From: Candidatus Woesebacteria bacterium
GTDB taxonomy: Bacteria > Patescibacteriota > Microgenomatia > UBA1400 > PJMF01
Assembly: GCA_050123235.1 (NCBI GenBank)
Contig: JASFHL010000002.1
Coordinates: 79,326-143,325 of the forward strand
Reading direction: 5' to 3'
DNA: 64,000 nucleotides
Under the pieces are notes generated by a model. That model did no database searches, was not told the origin of the DNA, and saw only the letters and a list, made by a program, of their open reading frames with translations. This document shows positions 58,605 through 64,000 of this stretch, in pieces. Made by a program: the position numbers and the translations under genes. Numbering within the stretch: the first letter of the stretch is position 1; each line of letters starts with the position of its first letter.

Positions 58605-60027
58605 AGACTTTAATTTATTAAACTATCAAAATTTCTACTTAGTTGGTGTTAAAGGTGTAGCCATGACATCCTTAGCCCAATGTTTAATTGATGCTAAAAA
58701 AAACGTTAGAGGTAGTGATTTAGCTGAAAGTTTTGTTACTCAAAAAATTTTGGATAAATTAGCAATAAAAATAGATTTAAACTTTAATCAACAGATACCT
58801 AAAAACACGGATTGTCTCATTTATACTTCTGCTCATCAAGCTCAAGCTAACCCTCAAGTCATTCAAGCTCAAAAAAAAGGCATTAAAGTTTTATCTCAAG
58901 CCGAGGCTTTGGCTAGTTTATTTAATCAAAAACAAGGTATTGCTGTCTGCGGAGTAGGAGGTAAGTCAACAGTCTCAGCCATGATCACTTGGATATTAGA
59001 AAAAAATAAACTTAATCCCTCTTTTTCTGTGGGAGTAGGTGACATTATTGGCTTAGGCAAAACTGGCCAGTGGAGCAATGACAGTAAGTTTTTCGTTGCT
59101 GAAGCAGATGAGTATGTAATTGATCCTAAAGCAAAAGAAAAAAATAAAGAGATTACTCCGCGATTTTCCTTTTTAAAACCTTTTATAACCATCTGTACCA
59201 ATTTGAAATTTGACCATCCTGATGTTTATCAAGATTTTAATCATACAAAAAAAGTATTTAGTCAATTTTTTAGACAAATAAAAAAAGGCGGAACTCTATT
59301 AGTTAATACAGATAATGAAGACTTGATTCAATTAAGTAAAAAACAGAAAGATAAAAACATTCTCAGTTTCGGAGAACACAGAAAAGCAGATTTTAGATTA
59401 ACCAATTACCACTCGAAAGAAGGCGAAACTATTGGTTTCTTTGAATTTAAAAAACAAAACTACCAAATTAAATTAAAAATCCCTGGAAAATTTAATTTAT
59501 TAAATGCTATTGCAGCCACTGCAACTTGTTATGCTTTAGGCATCGATATTAATTTAAGTCTTAAAACTTTGCAAAATTTTTCTTCCACACTAAGGCGTTT
59601 TGAATTTAAAGGAAAAAAAAATGGAGTTAAATATTATGATGACTATGCTCATCACCCTAGTGAAGTCTATCAAGCCATCAAAGCATTAAATGATTGGTAT
59701 CCAAATAAACGAAAATTGATTACCTTTCAATCACACACTTTTTCAAGGACCAAAAAACTTTTTTCAGAATTTGTAGACGCTTTCCGCGAAGCTGATGAAG
59801 TGCTGATGATTGATATCTTTGCTTCCGCCAGAGAAGCCTATGACCCAAACATTAGTAGCGATCAATTATGCCAAGCAATTATAAAAAAATATCCCAGAAT
59901 TAAAACTAAAAATCTTAAAACTATTGATAAATTAGCTAATTATTTTAAAAATGAGCTTCAAAAAGAAGATATTTGCCTAACTCTAGGGGCAGGGGATATA
60001 TATAAAGTGCATGAGATGATAAAATAG
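58597..60027 (+). CDS. murC: UDP-N-acetylmuramate--L-alanine ligase
   Basis: GVKGVAMTSLA, EADEY, DHPD, RRFE, DDYAHHP, LGAGDI. Start placed at ATG 58597. Confidence 0.92.
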   Translation: MDKDFNLLNYQNFYLVGVKGVAMTSLAQCLIDAKKNVRGSDLAESFVTQKILDKLAIKIDLNFNQQIPKNTDCLIYTSAHQAQANPQVIQAQKKGIKVLSQAEALASLFNQKQGIAVCGVGGKSTVSAMITWILEKNKLNPSFSVGVGDIIGLGKTGQWSNDSKFFVAEADEYVIDPKAKEKNKEITPRFSFLKPFITICTNLKFDHPDVYQDFNHTKKVFSQFFRQIKKGGTLLVNTDNEDLIQLSKKQKDKNILSFGEHRKADFRLTNYHSKEGETIGFFEFKKQNYQIKLKIPGKFNLLNAIAATATCYALGIDINLSLKTLQNFSSTLRRFEFKGKKNGVKYYDDYAHHPSEVYQAIKALNDWYPNKRKLITFQSHTFSRTKKLFSEFVDAFREADEVLMIDIFASAREAYDPNISSDQLCQAIIKKYPRIKTKNLKTIDKLANYFKNELQKEDICLTLGAGDIYKVHEMIK

Positions 60028-60055
60028 TGATATAATTTCACAGCTAAAAGCATCA

Positions 60056-60139
60056 GCCTCGGTGGCGGAACTGGCAGACGCGCGAGACTTAAAATCTCGT
60101 TCTGGCAACAGAGTGTGGGTTCGATTCCCACCCGAGGCA
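60056..60139 (+). tRNA. tRNA-Leu(TAA)
   Basis: Cloverleaf with variable arm; cgaga-ct-TAA-aa-tctcg. Confidence 0.95.
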
Positions 60140-60147
60140 CAAAAAAA

Positions 60148-60221
60148 CGGAGAGTAGCTCAGATGGCTAGAGCGCACGCTTTGGGAGCGTGAGGCCGCAG
60201 GTTCAAGTCCTGTCTCTCCGA
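60148..60221 (+). tRNA. tRNA-Pro(TGG)
   Basis: Cloverleaf; cacgc-tt-TGG-ga-gcgtg. Confidence 0.95.
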
Positions 60222-60230
60222 CTTTTTAAA

Positions 60231-60509
60231 ATGGAATACAGTCCAAAATTAGATCACCTTCCTTTTCCAATATTCCCAGTGCCTGATGTAATAAATCTAC
60301 AAACTATACATCAGCTAACAGCTTTAGTTGGCGTGCTAATCTGCTCGATTATTGGTTTATCGCTTCTTTTAAGTAGACAACAATCTGAGTCAGATAGAGC
60401 TCATACTTTGATGACACTATCAGCAGCTTTTGGTTTACTAGGAATTTATCTGCCTATATTAATTTTGCTAATTGAAGGATTGGAATTAATAGAAAAGCTA
60501 AGATCATGA
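60231..60509 (+). CDS. Small two-TM hypothetical membrane protein
   Basis: Two hydrophobic segments. Start placed at ATG 60231, downstream of the tRNA. Confidence 0.55.
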   Translation: MEYSPKLDHLPFPIFPVPDVINLQTIHQLTALVGVLICSIIGLSLLLSRQQSESDRAHTLMTLSAAFGLLGIYLPILILLIEGLELIEKLRS

Positions 60510-60549
60510 AACATTTTTTATCAGAATATTCTCATGTTAAAATTAACTT

Positions 60550-60792
60550 ATGTCACTCAAACACATCCGCACCATCCGTCCACCAACCTCAGCCAAAACA
60601 GCTACTCCCGTTGCTAACAAAACTCAAGCCTATCAATCTCAAATCGATCAATTAAGTAAAGAAAGACAGCGATTAAAGATTGCAGAAGCTCACGCTAGCC
60701 CTGAAATCAAAAAAACTCTTTCACAAAGAGGAGAGTCTATTGAAAGAAGAATTGGAAACTTACAAGATAAAGTAAAAAATAATTTCTATTAA
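60550..60792 (+). CDS. Small hypothetical coiled-coil protein
   Basis: 80-aa ORF with a -10-like TAAAAT 6 nt upstream. Confidence 0.55.
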   Translation: MSLKHIRTIRPPTSAKTATPVANKTQAYQSQIDQLSKERQRLKIAEAHASPEIKKTLSQRGESIERRIGNLQDKVKNNFY

Positions 60793-60833
60793 AGACTCTT
60801 CTTTTAAATTTTTAGCAATTGAGGATACTTTAA

Positions 60834-61382
60834 TCAACGCCCAAATTTTCTATCAAGCCAGTTTTGGTATAAAGTTACATTGTGAATAAACTTAATAGTA
60901 TCAACATTGATATGCAATCTATCCAACAAAAGAAATAATAAAGGGATATACCATTCTGTACCATCTTGGATATTTAACTTATGCTTTTGTAGCTCCGTCA
61001 GAAACGTAGGCTTCAATATAGGTCTTGTCAACATAAATCTCATTAAGACGGCATCTTCATCCGTAAGGGCTAATTTGTACTTTCGGATTAATAAATCTCG
61101 ATGTGCAGACTTAGCATCAGCTGCTATACCTCCGGCCCATGGGCCTGTCAAACATAGAAAGGATCTTTCACCAGATGCTTTTTTGTGAATAGCCCCTATT
61201 TGATATCTTAACTTAAGATTACTAAAGCTAGCTACGGTAATTTCTCTTACTACAGGTCTAGTAGCAAGATCCAATTCCCATAATAAAAAATCCAGCCATC
61301 TTTCTTCTGAAAGAAGACAGGCTGGTTCAGGTAGCCGATATTTCCTTTTTTCTATCGGTGCCCAAATTACTCCTTCTTTCAT
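60834..61382 (-). CDS. Hypothetical protein
   Basis: 182-aa ORF; no motif recognised. Confidence 0.55.
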   Translation of the reverse strand: MKEGVIWAPIEKRKYRLPEPACLLSEERWLDFLLWELDLATRPVVREITVASFSNLKLRYQIGAIHKKASGERSFLCLTGPWAGGIAADAKSAHRDLLIRKYKLALTDEDAVLMRFMLTRPILKPTFLTELQKHKLNIQDGTEWYIPLLFLLLDRLHINVDTIKFIHNVTLYQNWLDRKFGR

Positions 61383-61490
61383 ATATTTTTCAATTAAATT
61401 CCTTCAGATTACAGTTTTTGTAATGTTCCTTTATTATATTCTAACTAGCAACTTTTAAACCTATAAATTAAAAAATTCTAATTATTATCT

Positions 61491-62939
61491 ATGCCTCTTC
61501 AAACTCTCCAGCATTGCTACGGCTATCAAAATTTCCGTTCTGGTCAACTAGATATTATTAATTCTATTTTAAAAAAAAATGATACTTTAGCAGTTTTACC
61601 CACTGGAGGTGGTAAATCTATTTGTTTTCAAATCCCTGGATTGATGTTAGCGGGCACTACTATAGTAATCTCACCTTTAATTTCTTTAATGAAAGATCAA
61701 GTGGATACTTTAGTCAAAAAAAATATTACGGCTACTTATATTAATAGTTCATTAAATCAAACAGAACTAGAAAAAAGATTGGAACTCATTAGTAAACAGG
61801 CATATAAATTTATTTATCTTGCTCCAGAAAGGTTAAAAAATAAAAGTTTTCTAAAAGCTTGTCAAAAAATAAAAATCCCTTTGATCGCTGTTGATGAAGC
61901 TCATTGCATTTCTATGTGGGGACATGAGTTTCGTCCTAGTTATCGAGAGATAAATCAATTTCTAAAAAAATTATCTTCCCGACCAATTATAACGACCTTT
62001 ACTGCGACGGCTACTAAAGTTGTTATTAAAGATATTATCAATATTCTTCAATTAAACAAAGTAAAACAATTTGTTAAAAGTTTTAAAAGGGATAATCTAA
62101 GAATTATAGTTAAATATTGTATTAGTCAATTTGAAAAAGATCTTTTCCTACTGCGAATTTTAAAAAAACACCAGCAGCAAGCTGGCATCATCTATACAGC
62201 TACTCGTAAAAAAGCAGAATATTTAGCTCAATTAATTAATTTTTTAAATTTTAAAGATAAACAAGAAGTCTTATATTATCATGGCGGTATGAATAGTGAA
62301 GAAAGAACTTATGTTCAGGAACAATTTCTAAATGATAAAATCAAATTAATTGTAGCCACTAATGCCTTTGGGATGGGAGTAGATAAAGCTAATATCAGAT
62401 TTATTATCCATTACCAAATCCCTGGAAACATTGAAAACTATTATCAGGAAGCAGGAAGAGCAGGCCGAGATAGAAAAGCATCTCATTGTTATTTACTTTT
62501 TCAAGCTAAAGATCTTAACATTCAGATTCAACTGATCAAAAAAAGTTATCCAGATGCAAAGCACCCAAGAAGAGCAGTGGAAATTGACAAACTTAAAGCC
62601 ATGTTGAGATTCGCTAGCATAAGACAATGTCGTCAAGAAACTATTTTAGAATATTTTACTGATAAAAAAGTTGAAAATAGATGTGCCAATTGTGATATTT
62701 GTCTTAATCAAACAATTCAAGTTTCAAAAAAAGAACTTAGCAATCAAAAAAGATTATTAGAATTAAGTCAAATTCTGGCCCAAAAAAACAAAATCCCTCA
62801 AGCTCAAGTCATGAGTAGAAAAATGATTCAATTAATTGCTCTCTTAGAACCACAAAGTAAAAATGATTTCTTAAAAATCGCTGGTATTGGCCATGGTTGG
62901 GTGGAGAAGTGGTATTCAGCTTTTAGTTCAATCTTGTGA
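61491..62939 (+). CDS. recQ: RecQ family ATP-dependent DNA helicase
   Basis: PTGGGKS, VDEAHCISMWGHEFRP, ATNAFGMGVDK, YYQEAGRAGRD, Zn-binding CR...CANCDIC, HRDC-like end. Confidence 0.94.
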   Translation: MPLQTLQHCYGYQNFRSGQLDIINSILKKNDTLAVLPTGGGKSICFQIPGLMLAGTTIVISPLISLMKDQVDTLVKKNITATYINSSLNQTELEKRLELISKQAYKFIYLAPERLKNKSFLKACQKIKIPLIAVDEAHCISMWGHEFRPSYREINQFLKKLSSRPIITTFTATATKVVIKDIINILQLNKVKQFVKSFKRDNLRIIVKYCISQFEKDLFLLRILKKHQQQAGIIYTATRKKAEYLAQLINFLNFKDKQEVLYYHGGMNSEERTYVQEQFLNDKIKLIVATNAFGMGVDKANIRFIIHYQIPGNIENYYQEAGRAGRDRKASHCYLLFQAKDLNIQIQLIKKSYPDAKHPRRAVEIDKLKAMLRFASIRQCRQETILEYFTDKKVENRCANCDICLNQTIQVSKKELSNQKRLLELSQILAQKNKIPQAQVMSRKMIQLIALLEPQSKNDFLKIAGIGHGWVEKWYSAFSSIL

Positions 62940-63515
62940 AGTTTCATCGGCTGCTTTGATCAGTTCATTTATTTTATCAACATCGTTAAGCTCACATACT
63001 CCCCATAAACCCAACTGTTTTTCTCTAGCTTGTCTTTCTGCTTCTTTTAATTCATCTTGTTTGGCAATATCTGGCGGAAAACTACGTGCAAAAGCATAAC
63101 CTTCTTCTACTAGGAGTTTGTTTACTAAAACATCTTCTAGCCACACATATCGCAGCAAACGACCATAACGATCAGTTTCACTGACATCTTTTTCCAAAGA
63201 AACAATTTTACCTTCAACTAATTGACGATTATGTTCTGAAGCTTCTTTGCCAAAACATTCTTGTCCTACTCTTGGATCTTTAGTTTCTGGTGTATCTACA
63301 CCAATATATCTCACTTTTCTACCATCACTTAATCTAATAGTATCACCATCGATCACTTCTTCTACTAAAGCCTGCTCATAACCACGCTCATCATCTTCAC
63401 CTAAAACTTGACTTTGCATTTGAAAATTTTTCCATACTTGGATTAAAGATAAAAAAAAGACAAAAATTAAGGAAATCAGAGACAAAGTCTTTTTTACTTT
63501 ACGATAACTTATCAT
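62928..63515 (-). CDS. Thermonuclease (SNase) family protein with an N-terminal membrane anchor
   Basis: VIDGDTI, VRYIGVDTPE, DRYGRLLRYV, GLW. Confidence 0.93.
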   Translation of the reverse strand: MISYRKVKKTLSLISLIFVFFLSLIQVWKNFQMQSQVLGEDDERGYEQALVEEVIDGDTIRLSDGRKVRYIGVDTPETKDPRVGQECFGKEASEHNRQLVEGKIVSLEKDVSETDRYGRLLRYVWLEDVLVNKLLVEEGYAFARSFPPDIAKQDELKEAERQAREKQLGLWGVCELNDVDKINELIKAADETSQD

Positions 63516-63618
63516 ATATCCAAACTAACGCAAATCAGCTCTTAATGTCTAGAAGCAATTAAGTTAAAAATATCTTGAAAAAATTACTTTATCTACAGCA
63601 GTTGCTGAAATTAAAAAG

Positions 63619-64000
63619 CTATAAATCACAAAGCTGATAAAGTTCGCCATCTTTGAAACCGCGTTTGCGATAGTACTCCTTGGTACCAATCGCTGAAATC
63701 ACAGCTAATTTTTTATATCCTGCTTTTCTTGCAATCTGCTTTGCTCTTACTATTAGTCGACTACCTAGACCTAAATGTTGAGCTTTACTTTTTGATTTTT
63801 TACCTAAAGATAAAGCAGGACCATAAACATGGACTTCTCGAATCATGGCAGCCCCTGCTAATTCATCAATAAAATTTGAACTATTAGGCAAACTCAAACG
63901 CAAAAAAGCTAATAATTTTTCCTGTTGAGAAGCTTTCATCTTTTTCACTGGGGCAATGAACTGTAAAAATCGTTCCTCACTCATACTAGTCTTATATTTA
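63619..64000 (-). CDS. Elp3-like radical SAM/acetyltransferase, C-terminal GNAT part (runs off the window end)
   Basis: IREVHVYG, QHLGLG, AVISAIGTKEYYRKRG; frame stays open to the window end. Confidence 0.85.
   Translation of the reverse strand, partial: KYKTSMSEERFLQFIAPVKKMKASQQEKLLAFLRLSLPNSSNFIDELAGAAMIREVHVYGPALSLGKKSKSKAQHLGLGSRLIVRAKQIARKAGYKKLAVISAIGTKEYYRKRGFKDGELYQLCDL

Noticed and set aside
669-63099. Numerous 60-110 aa ORFs antisense or out of frame inside well-supported genes
   Set aside because: Nested in or largely overlapping conserved CDSs, with no motifs; expected by chance.
1-64000. Alternative genetic code (TGA = Gly, as in Gracilibacteria/Absconditabacteria)
   Set aside because: Conserved genes are full length under code 11 and several end properly at TGA.

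Overview
AT-rich bacterial chromosome segment read in the standard code (TGA = stop). Gene content and style suggest a Patescibacteria/CPR, Microgenomates-like genome (inference). Most of the window is housekeeping: the holA 3' end; a sugar-phosphate/glycolysis cluster (PMM, NUDIX, IMPase, PGI/PMI, a degenerate PEP-synthase-like protein, enolase, iPGM); lexA, pyrG, rplS, xseAB, miaAB, typA, prs, proS, rpsU, uppP, comM; a GT4-GH57-GH15 alpha-glucan cluster; murE/murC, recQ, a thermonuclease and the Elp3 3' end; 11 tRNAs and the RNase P RNA. Two accessory regions stand out. (1) At 25.4-29.4 kb, beside a tRNA-Val/Phe/Gly cluster, is a tandem array of cargo genes: a membrane protein, two caspase/CHAT-like proteins and an Mrr-like nuclease. 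They are separated by three copies of a 120-265 bp repeat built from tRNA-Gly 3'-end fragments that also encodes a conserved ~40-aa peptide. No recombinase lies in the window, so this looks like an integron-like, tRNA-targeted cassette array. (2) At 31.4-39.3 kb is an operon with an attenuator-like leader: ArgG-like ligase, GNAT, purine-deaminase-like amidohydrolase, radical SAM enzyme, DUF6282 amidohydrolase and PRTase, followed by mtnP and upp. It suggests an undescribed nucleobase-modifying pathway. Several glycolytic enzymes also carry unusual active-site substitutions. All calls come from motif recognition by eye; no searches were run.
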